From the NCBI GenBank assembly GCA_963697895.1, contig OY969100.1, forward strand, positions 1,408,001-1,472,000: a stretch of 64,000 bases of DNA. The letters are read 5' to 3'. Of this stretch, positions 41,775 through 56,228 are shown piece after piece. The notes beneath the pieces are model-generated. The model saw nothing but the letters and a program-made list of their open reading frames with translations, was not told the origin of the DNA and did no database searches. The translations under genes and the position numbers were made by a program. The DNA is from an uncultured Methanomicrobiales archaeon. Its GTDB lineage: Archaea > Halobacteriota > Methanomicrobia > Methanomicrobiales > Methanospirillaceae. Within the stretch, counting starts at the first letter, position 1. The number at the start of each line of letters is the position of its first letter.

Positions 41775-42506
41775 ATGTCACCAGAACCAATGGGAGATAT
41801 AAAGATCCTTTCGAAGCCTTTGCAGGCCAAAGGTTCCTCCGTGCTGATGGGTTTCCCCGGGAGCGGACTTGTCGGGAGTATTGCTCTTGCCTACATGGTC
41901 GAACAGATGGAGTTTGAATTGATCGGCAGCATAACCAGCAAATACTTTCCGCCGCTTGCGATGATGAACAGGGGGGTGATCAATGTACCGGTGAGGCTGT
42001 ATGAAAAAGATAAAATTGCCGCAGTCGTTGCCGATATTCCGATACACCCCATGATATGCTACGAGGTATCGAATGGTATCCTTGACTGGCTGGAGCCCTT
42101 CAAAGTAAAAGAAGTTGTAACTATTGCGGGTATTATAACCAATGAATCAGAAAAACGTGTATTTGGGGTTGCCACGACGGATCAATCGCTGCCCCGGATC
42201 CAGGATTCTACGATCATACTGCCCGTCGGGAGTATTTCTGGTATCGCAAGCAGTATTATGACGGAATGCAAGATCCGAAACATCGCCGCATTCGGACTTC
42301 TGGGAGAGACCATTAATGCGCCGGATCCGCGGGCGGCTGCGGCAACGATCGATGTCCTGAATAAGATGTATAAAATGGACCTCGATGTAAAGCCCCTTCT
42401 TGAACAGGCAGAGGAGATCGAAGCGACCATGCACAAACTCGCCGAGCAGGTGCAGACTGCTGAGACCATGCCGAAGAAAGAACAGCAGCTCCCGATGTAC
42501 GGGTGA
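41775..42506 (+). CDS. PAC2-family proteasome assembly chaperone
   Basis: GFPGSGLVGSIA, PVRLY, PDPRAAA, LLEQAEEIE, C-terminal PMYG. Confidence 0.9.
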   Translation: MSPEPMGDIKILSKPLQAKGSSVLMGFPGSGLVGSIALAYMVEQMEFELIGSITSKYFPPLAMMNRGVINVPVRLYEKDKIAAVVADIPIHPMICYEVSNGILDWLEPFKVKEVVTIAGIITNESEKRVFGVATTDQSLPRIQDSTIILPVGSISGIASSIMTECKIRNIAAFGLLGETINAPDPRAAAATIDVLNKMYKMDLDVKPLLEQAEEIEATMHKLAEQVQTAETMPKKEQQLPMYG

Positions 42507-42904
42507 TAAAGATGCAATGCGTCGCGCTAACCGGAATCGCTCCCGAAGTGATACGGGAGATCAAACAGGGAAGGCCACGAACGTTGGATCTTCAGAGTAC
42601 TCACAATGTGGTAACACTCGCCGGGATAAATCCGGGACAGGCGGTATTTATGACTTCGACCGATATGGAGGACCTTTCCCCGGGAGATTCAGGGATCATT
42701 GCCGAGGTGCTGGCGGTCAGCATTACCATGAAGCGAATCGTGGAGTTCGCCCAAGGGCTCCACTATGAAGAACGCGAGCGGGTATCGGCCCGGATAAAAG
42801 TGAAAATAAACTGTAATTCATCCGTTAAATCCGTTGCCCGTGAGGGATGGGCTGAGCCACTAACCGTTGACGTTGTAAAATGCTCCTGTTATCAGGCAGG
42901 ATAA
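42503..42904 (+). CDS. DUF473-family protein
   Basis: ALTGI...RTLDLQSTHNV...VFMTS. Confidence 0.75.
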   Translation: MIKMQCVALTGIAPEVIREIKQGRPRTLDLQSTHNVVTLAGINPGQAVFMTSTDMEDLSPGDSGIIAEVLAVSITMKRIVEFAQGLHYEERERVSARIKVKINCNSSVKSVAREGWAEPLTVDVVKCSCYQAG

Positions 42905-43033
42905 TCCTTCCTCCCTGATTGCCGATCAATAGGGTGAAATTATCATTTTTTTAATGATAATTCATGCCAGGCCAAAACAGACACTTTAACGATAGTTAAT
43001 TAACCATCCGGGCTCATACTTTATCCTTGCGCA

Positions 43034-43108
43034 GGGCTTGTGGCTTAGCTTGGATAGAGCGCCGGGCTTCTAACCCGGATGTCGGGGGTTCGAATCCCCC
43101 CAGGCCCG
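43034..43108 (+). tRNA. tRNA-Arg (TCT)
   Basis: GGGCTTGTGGCTTAGCTTGG...CCGGG-CT-TCT-AA-CCCGG...GTTCGAATCC...CAGGCCCG. Confidence 0.94.
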
Positions 43109-43182
43109 TTCACCAGGAAGATCTGATAACGGCAAACTAGGGAATTTATCCAGCAGCTCTCCTGAACATTCCTAGGGAAAAA

Positions 43183-43638
43183 TCAGAAGTTAGAGGCCGG
43201 TTCGTTTGATATTAGCTGAACGTCGGCGATGTTATGTTGCCTTTGCGAGAGTTTTTTTGCCTTGAAAATATTTTTTCCTTCTTTTCCAATGGCAATCCCG
43301 CGATCCTCATCCCTGACTTCGATATGTGCGACCTGGCCGTCTTCCTGTTCTTCAAAGGCGATACTGGTCACCTGCGCAGGGAGGAAACAATTCCTGATGA
43401 ATTGTTCCGGATTGGTGGAATATTCCACCACCTCGATCTTCTTCCCCATCACATCGGATGCTTTCTTTATGCTCGCACCATTCTTTCCGATGGCAAGGCC
43501 CATTTCCCCAGGGTTAATGACAAAAATAAGGCGGTTATTCCTGTCATCGATGATGCAGTCCCTGCTTCCTGCGCCAGTCAGCCGTTCAAATTGAGATATA
43601 AGGCGCATGCAATCTTCTGTCAATGTTACTTCGACCAT
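43183..43638 (-). CDS. nusA: Archaeal NusA (two KH domains)
   Basis: AIGKNG, IEVVEYS, AIGKEGKNI. Confidence 0.95.
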   Translation of the reverse strand: MVEVTLTEDCMRLISQFERLTGAGSRDCIIDDRNNRLIFVINPGEMGLAIGKNGASIKKASDVMGKKIEVVEYSTNPEQFIRNCFLPAQVTSIAFEEQEDGQVAHIEVRDEDRGIAIGKEGKNIFKAKKLSQRQHNIADVQLISNEPASNF

Positions 43639-43639
43639 A

Positions 43640-43930
43640 TCATGCCCTCTTCAGGCTGAGAATATCCGATTCTCCGGGATTCACAATAGAGAGCGCACTT
43701 ACCATAAATGGCTTCCCGCAGGCTTTGCCCAATGCAACACTGGATCCATCGAAGGTATAAATGAAGATATTTTTCTCCCCGGAGATCTGCTGTTTGTAGT
43801 CCTCCGGGCAGTTCGATGCGATGACTACCAGTTGGGCCTTGCCTTCCTCGATAGATTGCCTGGTCGAATTCTGTCCGAGAAACACCATTCCTGTCTTCAT
43901 GGCTCTTCTTAAAGATGCATTAAAATCCAT
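43640..43930 (-). CDS. rpl30e: 50S ribosomal protein L30e
   Basis: AMKTG, IASNCP, LGKACGKPF, PGESDIL. Confidence 0.95.
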   Translation of the reverse strand: MDFNASLRRAMKTGMVFLGQNSTRQSIEEGKAQLVVIASNCPEDYKQQISGEKNIFIYTFDGSSVALGKACGKPFMVSALSIVNPGESDILSLKRA

Positions 43931-43935
43931 TACAA

Positions 43936-47748
<3,813 letters not shown>

Positions 47749-47758
47749 CGGGCACTTC

Positions 47759-49573
47759 CTACACTACATCTTCCAGTTTCAGGCGAGGGGCGATTCCCAT
47801 TGATTTCATCTCATCGAGGAGCAGTTTAAATGCATAGCTCATCTCGACCGGATAAATGTCGGTCTCACTTCCACAAGCGAGACATCGGGTGGTATTTTGT
47901 TTCCGATCGAGCATTGCAACCATTCCGCAATGCGCACATACATACTCCTGCACCTTGTCAGACTCATCGAGCAGCCGTTCCTTAAGCGCCATGGCGGCAC
48001 CATGGCCGATCATCACGTCTCGCTCCATCTCACCGAACCGGAGGCCTCCTTCGCGGGCACGCCCCTCTGTCGGTTGTCGTGTCAGGACCTGCACCGGTCC
48101 CCGGGATCGGGCATGCATCTTCGAGGAGACCATATGATACAATTTCTGGTAATAGATGACCCCGACATACACATCAGCCTTAAATTGCTTTCCGGTGATC
48201 CCGTCATACATCACTTCACGACCGGTATGCGAGAAGCCGAGTTTCTTAAGCGAGGATCTCAGGTCTTCCTCGATCTCTCCCCCGAATGCAGTACCATTGA
48301 TACGACGACCCTCGAGCGACCCTACCTTACCTCCGATCATCTCAAGCATGTGACCGACCGTCATACGGCTTGGGATTGCATGGGGATTTATGACAAGGTC
48401 TGGTGCCACCCCTTCTTCGGTAAAAGGCATATCCTCCTGGGGGGCGATCAGGCCAATGACCCCTTTCTGGCCATGACGTGAAGCAAATTTATCACCCACC
48501 TCCGGTATCCGGAGATCCCTGGTCCTTACCTTCACCAGTCTCGAGCTGTTTTCTCCCTCGGTGATGATCACGGTATCAACGATGCCATGCTCGTTGCTCC
48601 GCATGGTCACCGATGTGTCACGCCTCTTTTCCACGGTGATCAGGTCACTGGTGGGTTCTTCGAGAAATCGCGGCGGGGAGGTCTTCCCGATCAGAACATC
48701 TTTCTCATTGACCACAGTCTCCGGGTTGATAACCCCGTCATCATCCAGGTTTTTATAGGATTCGGCGCCATGCGCACCCGTAACCTCTTCATCCGGCACT
48801 TCGATGCGGTCAAGCTGTCCACCGGGGTACCTTCGTTCCTCACCTTCATATGTCCTGAAAAAGTGCGAGCGTCCAAGCCCCCGTTCTATGGATGCCTTGT
48901 TAAAGATGAGCGCATCTTCAATATTATAACCTTCATAACTGAGAATGGCAACAACGAAGTTCTGGCCTGCGGGCCGATCATCTGAACCGATCAACTCAGA
49001 AGTCTGGGTATGCACGAGCGGTCGCTGCACATAATGGAGCAGGTGTCCCCGGGTATCGGGCCTGAGCTTCATGTTTGCTGCTGCGAATCCGAGGGCCTGC
49101 TTGACCATGCCGGCACCCATCGTTACCCGGGGACTTGCATTGTGTTCGGGGAACGGAACGTGTGCCGCCCCGATTCCAAGGATCAGTGACGGATCGATCT
49201 CCAGATGCGTGTGTTCCGGGGTAATAACATCCGGATTGATCGCAATGAACAGATCTTCTTCTTCTTCCGCATCGACCAGTTCAATAAACCCCTTCTGGAT
49301 GAGGTGATCAAAATTGATCTCCTTTCTTTTCAGCCGGTCGATCTCCTCGTTGCTGATAAGGGGTTTGCCCTGCTGGAGCACGATAAGTGGACGACGTGCG
49401 CGGCCCCTGTCCGTATGAATAACCACATCGTTGTTAAACTCCTTGTATGAGACATTAACCTCTGTAGAAAGCGCTCCCTGCCTGCGCATTCCCCGTATCT
49501 GAGTTACCAGTGTCCGGGGATCATCAACGAGACCGATCAATGCACCATCTACGAAAACCCTCGCCTTCATCAC
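47759..49573 (-). CDS. rpoB1: RNA polymerase subunit B' (Rpo2C)
   Basis: [30 protein letters not shown]. Confidence 0.97.
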   Translation of the reverse strand: MMKARVFVDGALIGLVDDPRTLVTQIRGMRRQGALSTEVNVSYKEFNNDVVIHTDRGRARRPLIVLQQGKPLISNEEIDRLKRKEINFDHLIQKGFIELVDAEEEEDLFIAINPDVITPEHTHLEIDPSLILGIGAAHVPFPEHNASPRVTMGAGMVKQALGFAAANMKLRPDTRGHLLHYVQRPLVHTQTSELIGSDDRPAGQNFVVAILSYEGYNIEDALIFNKASIERGLGRSHFFRTYEGEERRYPGGQLDRIEVPDEEVTGAHGAESYKNLDDDGVINPETVVNEKDVLIGKTSPPRFLEEPTSDLITVEKRRDTSVTMRSNEHGIVDTVIITEGENSSRLVKVRTRDLRIPEVGDKFASRHGQKGVIGLIAPQEDMPFTEEGVAPDLVINPHAIPSRMTVGHMLEMIGGKVGSLEGRRINGTAFGGEIEEDLRSSLKKLGFSHTGREVMYDGITGKQFKADVYVGVIYYQKLYHMVSSKMHARSRGPVQVLTRQPTEGRAREGGLRFGEMERDVMIGHGAAMALKERLLDESDKVQEYVCAHCGMVAMLDRKQNTTRCLACGSETDIYPVEMSYAFKLLLDEMKSMGIAPRLKLEDVV

Positions 49574-51111
49574 TGCAAACCACTCCTTATCTGTTCGACG
49601 TTCAGACTGTAGAGGAGCCGGGTCACTTCTTCCTCGTCTGAAACCCCCTTGCTGATCTCGACCATCTGTGCGAAATTTTTAACCAGACCGCAGTTTGGAC
49701 CCTCCGGTGTCTCGCTTGGACATATCCGGCCCCATTGTGTTGGATGCAGGTCTCTGGCTTCGAAATGCGGTTGTGAGCGTGAAAGCGGGGAGATAACCCG
49801 GCGGAGATGGGAAAGGACACTCATGTGGTCGACCCTGTCGAGCAGCTGGGATACGCCCGTCCTCCCTCCAACCCAGTTTCCTGTTGCAAGAGGATGCAGG
49901 AGGCGTTCTGTTAAAACATCCGCACGCACCGCAGTGCCGATGGAAAGGTCGCGGTGACGCATGCTCGCCCGTTCGAGCTGATACTTGATATCCCGCGTGA
50001 GGCGGTTAAGGGAGATTCGGAAGAGATCCTCCATGAGATCCCCCGCGAGCTTCAACCTCTTGTTCGAGTAATGGTCCTTATCGTCGATCCGGCGCTTGTT
50101 CAGCACGAGATCGAAGCATGCTTCAGCCATGCGCCCGAGGAAATGTCCCTTCGCCAGTCGGACACCTTCAACCGCCTCCCGATATCCTTCATCCTCTTCC
50201 TTTAACTGGGGTGGCATCAGGTAATTCAGATGGGGCAGGAGGTAATTATCGAGGACGAACTCGGCCCGCTTCCGCTGGTAATCGCGGGTCTGGTTAGGCG
50301 CAAGTTTCTTTCCGACATACATGATTCCTGAATCCACGCTGTCACATTCGCTCTCCTCCAGGTTCTGCATCATGAAGGTAAGAATGTCCTCGTCTGTTGA
50401 GACCGCGTTCACCACATCATGGTCACTGACCATTCCGAGTGCCCGTATCAGGTCGACAAATTTAAGGTGGCCTGCAACCGAGGGAAATGATACCTCAAGA
50501 AGATTTTTCCGGTTTCGCTCGACCACCACCAGTGCGCGATATCCACGGTACTGAGAAAAGACCTTGGCCACATAGATCCGTTCATTGTATCGTTCCGTAA
50601 ACTCGGTCATGATCTTGTTCGATGCGAGGTCTTCAAGTGTCATCAGTACGCGCTCGGTACCGTTAACGATGAAATATCCCCCGGGATCATACGGATCCTC
50701 CCCGTGCGTCACCCTCTCTCCGTCGCTCATCCCCGCAAGGTTGCAGGATGCCGAACCGACCATGATCGGAAGCTGGCCGATCGTGGTCATCACCGGTTCC
50801 TGCCGGTCGCCACCCTGGACGAGTGTCAGCTCCAGCTGGATAGGAGCCGCATAGGTAAGGTTCCGAAGGCGTGCTTCACTGGGAAAAAGCTCTCCCTGAG
50901 AACCGTCTGCTTCCCTCACCAGAGGTTTTTTTACTTCCGCTTTACCCAGTTCTACCCAGACCGGCTCGTTACTTTTCCCGCGGATTTCAATATCAGTCTC
51001 GATAATCCTTTGCTCGTTAACCACTTTCTGCAGGTTATGGAGAAGGAAATTATTGAAGGAGTCAAGTTGATGCCGCGCCACATGCTCCCGAGAAAAATAT
51101 GCCCTAGACAA
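49570..51111 (-). CDS. rpoB2: RNA polymerase subunit B'' (Rpo2N); start may extend to CTG at 51129
   Basis: [44 protein letters not shown]. Confidence 0.96.
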   Translation of the reverse strand: MSRAYFSREHVARHQLDSFNNFLLHNLQKVVNEQRIIETDIEIRGKSNEPVWVELGKAEVKKPLVREADGSQGELFPSEARLRNLTYAAPIQLELTLVQGGDRQEPVMTTIGQLPIMVGSASCNLAGMSDGERVTHGEDPYDPGGYFIVNGTERVLMTLEDLASNKIMTEFTERYNERIYVAKVFSQYRGYRALVVVERNRKNLLEVSFPSVAGHLKFVDLIRALGMVSDHDVVNAVSTDEDILTFMMQNLEESECDSVDSGIMYVGKKLAPNQTRDYQRKRAEFVLDNYLLPHLNYLMPPQLKEEDEGYREAVEGVRLAKGHFLGRMAEACFDLVLNKRRIDDKDHYSNKRLKLAGDLMEDLFRISLNRLTRDIKYQLERASMRHRDLSIGTAVRADVLTERLLHPLATGNWVGGRTGVSQLLDRVDHMSVLSHLRRVISPLSRSQPHFEARDLHPTQWGRICPSETPEGPNCGLVKNFAQMVEISKGVSDEEEVTRLLYSLNVEQIRSGLQ

Positions 51112-51145
51112 TACACTTCTGTCAATCAGAAATATCAGCCCCGAA

Positions 51146-51397
51146 TTATTTCTTTGGTCTTTTTATCACGAGTCGATACGATTCGGCTCTGCCTGCCGTA
51201 TGGCTGCTGCGTATGGTCCGGATGACATCTCCGAACTTCGACCCAATCTCTTTCACCGCAGGATCGTCATGATAGATTTTAGGCAGCTGCTCTGTAGTTA
51301 TCTTGTAGGTGGAGAGTAGTTGTGCGACCTCCTCCTCGCTCATGATTTTATGATCCGGAACCATTGCATGCTCAAGCACACGCAGTTTGGTGCTCAA
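51146..51397 (-). CDS. rpoH: RNA polymerase subunit H (Rpo5)
   Basis: HAMVPDH, QLPKI..DDPA, GDVI.TIRSS.TAG..YRLV. Confidence 0.95.
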   Translation of the reverse strand: MSTKLRVLEHAMVPDHKIMSEEEVAQLLSTYKITTEQLPKIYHDDPAVKEIGSKFGDVIRTIRSSHTAGRAESYRLVIKRPKK

Positions 51398-51474
51398 TAA
51401 AAATCCCCCTTTTCTCGCATTTTTCTTTATTCAGATGCATCACCGCTGAAAAGCCCACGCCACACCAGTGGCAG

Positions 51475-51548
51475 CGGGCCCGAGGGGATTTGAACCCCCG
51501 ACCACCTGGTTAAAAGCCAGGCGCTCTACCTAACTGAGCTACGGACCC
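51475..51548 (-). tRNA. tRNA-Lys (TTT)
   Basis: GGGTCCGTAGCTCAGTTAGG...CCTGG-CT-TTT-AA-CCAGG...GTTCAAATCC...CGGGCCCG. Confidence 0.94.
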
Positions 51549-51589
51549 ACAAGTAGATGTATCGCAGCATTATTACAATGCAAGAAAAC

Positions 51590-51597
51590 TATATAAA
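51590..51597 (-). promoter_or_regulatory. TATA box (TTTATATA) for tRNA-Lys/rpoH operon
   Basis: Consensus archaeal box A about 42 bp upstream of tRNA-Lys. Confidence 0.5.
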
Positions 51598-51814
51598 GAT
51601 TCTTAAATAACATAATTACTTCAGATCTCTTGTTCTCCATAATTCCTCAATTTCCCATATTGTCATCCACATCCTAGAGCAGGCATCATTCATTTGATAG
51701 CGGCGGGTAATCCTGATATGAACCTGGACACATCTTTTCACGATTTTGGCTATATTCGAAGAAGGAGTAACGCGGGTAAATTTTTAACCACAAAGACTAA
51801 ATAAATGTTGTGCT

Positions 51815-52963
51815 ATGGTCGAGACTACCCGCTGGTTGAACATGAATGCCAGCGCCCTGGAACCAAATGAAAAGTTCGCTCTCGGTGCCATGCGTCATAT
51901 GAATAAAATCGAACGGAAAAAACTCTTTTCCTCTGAAATTGAACAGATGCGGACGGCGGAAGGACGCTGGTACGAAGCAATTATTTACGAGATGTTCCTT
52001 GACATTTCAGAAAATTCCGATCGTATCGGGAGGATCGCGGCGAAAGGGGCAGATGCACCCAGAGGAAGGCGTAACATAAGGCTCGGCCAGAACGGGATCT
52101 ATTATTCACGGTGCGGGGATATTACGATACGGGGGAATGGTCAGGATCTCGCCGAGTTCGACCTTCTCATGACCGATCTCGATGATAATGTGATATTTGG
52201 CGAGGTAGTCACTTCACCATCCGATATGAAAGAATTCGAGAAGGAGATCGAATATAAAAAAAAGTTGATCGGCTATCTTTTCGAACAAAAAAAGGTTAAT
52301 TTTCTCCTGATATCCTCATTCGATATCACCAATTACTCGGTCGGACGCCGCCTCCTTAAGTCAGATGAAAATATTTATATCCACACAATATCCTGCGAGG
52401 AGATTAAGGGGTTGATTCAAGGGAAAAAGCTATGTGATCCGAGCGAAAGGCCAGTTGCACGCCCTTCGATGATCCTCGCATCAGACATCCCCTCAAAGCG
52501 ACCTTTCGATTATCAAAAATATCATGATTGGGAGAGGAACCGGGTATTCAACCATGTTGCCAATCAGGTAGATGTCAGGACCCAGCCACCGGAGAACGGT
52601 ACATCCCAGCTGGTAAAAAAGATCCTCTACGGAGGTTTGTACCCATCTGCAGTCCGATCATTGTGCCAGGAGCATGAGATACGGATCCGGGGGGAGACCC
52701 TCGATTTCCATGATGTCATGTATCATTTTTCCAAAGTTATACTCGCAACAGATCTACCCGGGTTCGAACCCATCGTCTACCTCCGTTCGAAGCAGAAGAA
52801 ACAGTATCTTAAAATGGTTCAGGACAAATCCGGGAATTTCAAATTCGAGCGGTATACTCCCTCTAAAGTCGGATTCTTCCTCTGGCTCGAATCCCTGAAC
52901 CCTTCTCTCGGCTCCCGGATAACGAGCCGTATACTCGAGGCGTTCTCACCGCAGAATTCTTAA
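51815..52963 (+). CDS. Hypothetical protein, possible degenerate PD-(D/E)XK-like fold
   Basis: GRWYEAIIYE...AEFDLL...IFGEVVTS spacing. Confidence 0.6.
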   Translation: MVETTRWLNMNASALEPNEKFALGAMRHMNKIERKKLFSSEIEQMRTAEGRWYEAIIYEMFLDISENSDRIGRIAAKGADAPRGRRNIRLGQNGIYYSRCGDITIRGNGQDLAEFDLLMTDLDDNVIFGEVVTSPSDMKEFEKEIEYKKKLIGYLFEQKKVNFLLISSFDITNYSVGRRLLKSDENIYIHTISCEEIKGLIQGKKLCDPSERPVARPSMILASDIPSKRPFDYQKYHDWERNRVFNHVANQVDVRTQPPENGTSQLVKKILYGGLYPSAVRSLCQEHEIRIRGETLDFHDVMYHFSKVILATDLPGFEPIVYLRSKQKKQYLKMVQDKSGNFKFERYTPSKVGFFLWLESLNPSLGSRITSRILEAFSPQNS

Positions 52964-52995
52964 AAAATGAATGAGTCTTCTGGTATTTCTATTTT

Positions 52996-54585
52996 TTAGT
53001 CCAGAAGGATACTGATCGCTTCATCGCGGTATGCATCCATAACATACGGAATACCCGAGATCTTCGCTGCGTCTTCGGTCAACGCCATGACATCTCTCCG
53101 GGATACCGTCTTCATGCTGAAGTTCCGGCTCCCTGCCATAATCTGCTGTAGACCGATCTTAAACTTCTGTGTATAGGTATAGATTCCGATCGCCCCCATC
53201 GGTATATCCTTGAACCGGTTGCCATATTTTTCCTTGAGTTCTTCATAGGTCACGAAGATCTCTTCCGGCTTGGATCCATACTTGGAGACGGTCTTTGGAA
53301 GGTCACCTTCTTTGATCCATTTCTCAATATTCTTCCCGACCATTCCGGGGATCATCAGACCTCGACCCATACATACTGCTTTTACATATGGATCTCCCAT
53401 CGCAATTGATTTGAAGACGTTTGGTTCATCTGAAAACCCTCCGGCCATAGCAATATCCGGTACACGGATGCCCCGCTTGTTTAGCCGTTCGCAGAACTCG
53501 TGCATCAATGCCTGTATATAGAAGGTCGGAATCCCCCATTCATTCATCATCGGCCACGGGCTCATTCCAGTGCCTCCTGAGGCACCATCGATGGTAAGCA
53601 GGTCGATCTTCGCTTCCGCACCATAGCGAATGGCCATTGCAAGTTCGATTGCCGAATATGCTCCTGTTTTCAGGGTGACACGCTTGAACCCGATATCCCG
53701 GAGACGATCGACTTCTTCGAGGAATCCTTCTTTTGTGACGAATCCAAGGCGTGAATGTCTTTCGAACTCAGTTATAGCGCCTTCCTTGAATGCCTTCTGC
53801 ATATCAGGCCGGGTCGGATCCGGGAGCACTATATAACCCCTCTTTTTCAGTTCCATGGCTCTTTCTATGGAATTTACTTTTATCTCACCCCCGATGGATT
53901 TTGCGCCCTGTCCCCACTTGAGCTCGATCGTATCAAGGTTATGTTTGGCAGATACGTACTCAGCCGTACCGAGTCGCGTGTCCTCGACATTCATCTGTAC
54001 AAGCATCTCGCCGTACCCCTCGTGGAATTTCCTGTAGATCTCCATCCTTCTGTCCATTTCCGGGGATTTTTTAATTTTACCGGTGCTGTCGAGCTCGAGT
54101 CCTGGATCGATCCCGCAGACATTTTCTCCACATACGATTGTGATCCCCGAGATCGCTGCCCCGATCGCAAAATGTTCCCAGTTATTACGGGCAATATCTG
54201 TTGACCCGAGCGCCCCCGTGAAGATCGGGAGACGCATTTTTACTTTTTTTTCCCATCCGTATTCGGTCTCGGTATCCACGGAGTAGAAGACGGCTGCGTC
54301 GGGCCCGATCTCCACTCCGGGGGGTAATCCCCGGGCACCAACCGCATATCCCTGGATATTGATATGAGAATAGTCGACCGGATAGTTTTTGTCGGCTCCT
54401 GCGGTCATCTCCCCGAATGGTCCCGGATAAAGCACCTCTCTCCCTCTGAAAGTGGATAACCAGGTCTCACAACTCCCACGACATCCATCGATGCATCGTG
54501 TGCAGATACCCGATACATGTGAAACATTGCGTGAACGGTTTGCGGTTAATGTTGCCTCATTGGCATTTGGCTGTCGAAGATTCAT
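52996..54585 (-). CDS. FMN-binding glutamate synthase-family protein
   Basis: CTRCIDGC..C N-terminus; IELKWGQGAK..GGE, TIDGASGGTG, AMAGGF. Confidence 0.88.
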   Translation of the reverse strand: MNLRQPNANEATLTANRSRNVSHVSGICTRCIDGCRGSCETWLSTFRGREVLYPGPFGEMTAGADKNYPVDYSHINIQGYAVGARGLPPGVEIGPDAAVFYSVDTETEYGWEKKVKMRLPIFTGALGSTDIARNNWEHFAIGAAISGITIVCGENVCGIDPGLELDSTGKIKKSPEMDRRMEIYRKFHEGYGEMLVQMNVEDTRLGTAEYVSAKHNLDTIELKWGQGAKSIGGEIKVNSIERAMELKKRGYIVLPDPTRPDMQKAFKEGAITEFERHSRLGFVTKEGFLEEVDRLRDIGFKRVTLKTGAYSAIELAMAIRYGAEAKIDLLTIDGASGGTGMSPWPMMNEWGIPTFYIQALMHEFCERLNKRGIRVPDIAMAGGFSDEPNVFKSIAMGDPYVKAVCMGRGLMIPGMVGKNIEKWIKEGDLPKTVSKYGSKPEEIFVTYEELKEKYGNRFKDIPMGAIGIYTYTQKFKIGLQQIMAGSRNFSMKTVSRRDVMALTEDAAKISGIPYVMDAYRDEAISILLD

Positions 54586-54780
54586 CTGTCTCCCCTGTCT
54601 TTTTCTTACGAACGAATACTGAATAATACAGGATATTTTGTTACATTGAGTGCATATAAAATCATTCTTGGTGAAACAAATCCTATCTGTTGATTTCATT
54701 ACTCACGGGAGGAGGTCCTCCTGGTGTTGTAATGCATTTTCTCCCATCACATTCTTCCTTCAGGATAAACGAAGATACGA

Positions 54781-55887
54781 TCATAAAAAAACCAACTCAT
54801 AATCGCTGCATCCCAGTCCGATCTCCTCCGCGTAGCGAATTTGACGGTACCCTTCGGTCTGCTCCCGGATCCCACTGAATTTGTCTTCCCCTGGTTTGAA
54901 GTGGGTATGCAGGAGAGAATTAATGAATCCGGCCTCCTTGTTCACCAGATCAAAGCTGGCGGCATCAATAGACACCGGGTCACGTGAGGCAAGGATGCCG
55001 ATATCCGGAACCACGGGAGCATCGCTCCAGGGGAGACAGTCGCAATCAGGGGTGATTTTGGTCAGAAAATTCATATAACCCACCTTTCCGGATTTGTTCA
55101 AAACAGCCCCGTACGCATACTCTACCATTCTTTCGACGAATAGTGGGATCTCAGTGCTCCAGTCGACCTCGATTGCATGGGCTGGACAGATAGTCATGCA
55201 GGAGAAACACCCGATACAGAGTTCACGATCGATCGACGATCTGCCCTTATCGATGGTAATCGCTGATCTCGGACAGACCTGGATGCACATCTCGCAACCG
55301 GTGCATCTGCCTTCTACCGGAAGTGGTCGTGCCGAATGCTGGTCCTGCTTTCCCTGTGGAGGTGCACAACCCATGGCAAGATTTTTTATTGCACCCCCAA
55401 ACCCCGCAACTTCATGTCCCTTTACATGAGAAAGCACAATCATGCTCCCTGCATTGTGGATATCCCCGGAGATTTTTACTTTTTTGAAGTGTTTCCTGTT
55501 GATTTCAACCTCTTCCATATGCTTTCCGGAAAGTCCATCGGCAATTATCACCGGTGCACCGACCACCGCATAGCAAAATCCGTGTTCTATTGCGGTGATA
55601 ATGTGATCGACCCCATTTGATCTGCTTCCCCGGTATAGCGTGTTCGAGTCGGTGATAAATGGTTTCCCGCCTGATTCTCTGCTCCGATCCACCACCTGCC
55701 GGACAAATACCGGGTTGATATAGGAATCATTTCCCCATTCACCGAAGTGCAGCTTTATCGCGGTCAATACTCCCCCGGAACAGAGGGAGGAGAATCCGGC
55801 TGCATCAAAAAGCCTCCGGACTTTGTTGATGGTGTTGTCAGCCGGATCCCTGCATCTTAATCCCGCAAAATAAACTTTTTCTCCCAT
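54781..55887 (-). CDS. DUF362-family Fe-S protein with 2x[4Fe-4S] ferredoxin domain
   Basis: AIKLHFGE.GN, SHVKGH, GGAIKNLAMGC, two CxxCxxCxxxCP, CDC, SRDPVSIDAAS. Confidence 0.88.
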   Translation of the reverse strand: MGEKVYFAGLRCRDPADNTINKVRRLFDAAGFSSLCSGGVLTAIKLHFGEWGNDSYINPVFVRQVVDRSRESGGKPFITDSNTLYRGSRSNGVDHIITAIEHGFCYAVVGAPVIIADGLSGKHMEEVEINRKHFKKVKISGDIHNAGSMIVLSHVKGHEVAGFGGAIKNLAMGCAPPQGKQDQHSARPLPVEGRCTGCEMCIQVCPRSAITIDKGRSSIDRELCIGCFSCMTICPAHAIEVDWSTEIPLFVERMVEYAYGAVLNKSGKVGYMNFLTKITPDCDCLPWSDAPVVPDIGILASRDPVSIDAASFDLVNKEAGFINSLLHTHFKPGEDKFSGIREQTEGYRQIRYAEEIGLGCSDYELVFL

Positions 55888-56228
55888 ATCTATCACCGCT
55901 CAGCTGGTCGATCCCGCCGTCCATTTTGATGATTGGATCCTCCCCATAATAAGATTCGCTTTGCTGATTGAGATTGACCTGTAATTGTCGTAGTATCATG
56001 GTACAGTCCATAAGATGAGTTCCAGTGAGGACAGAGACGAAAAAATGGGTGTACGTGAACTAACCCTGTTCGCTGCAGCTCGGTCCAGGCCTGTTACATA
56101 TTCGTCGAGCGTTTTCTCGTGTGCAGATCAGATTTGATCTGTATTTTACCCCGCTTCATAGAGCGGTTCCGGCGGTTAACCTGCATCTTTTTGCGATGGG
56201 ATGGCTTAGTGAAGTATGGTCGTCCGGT

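Noticed and set aside
43034-43182. tRNA-Arg (or tRNA-Lys) as an integration site
   Set aside because: No integrase, no duplicated tRNA 3' end noticed, and flanking genes are housekeeping.
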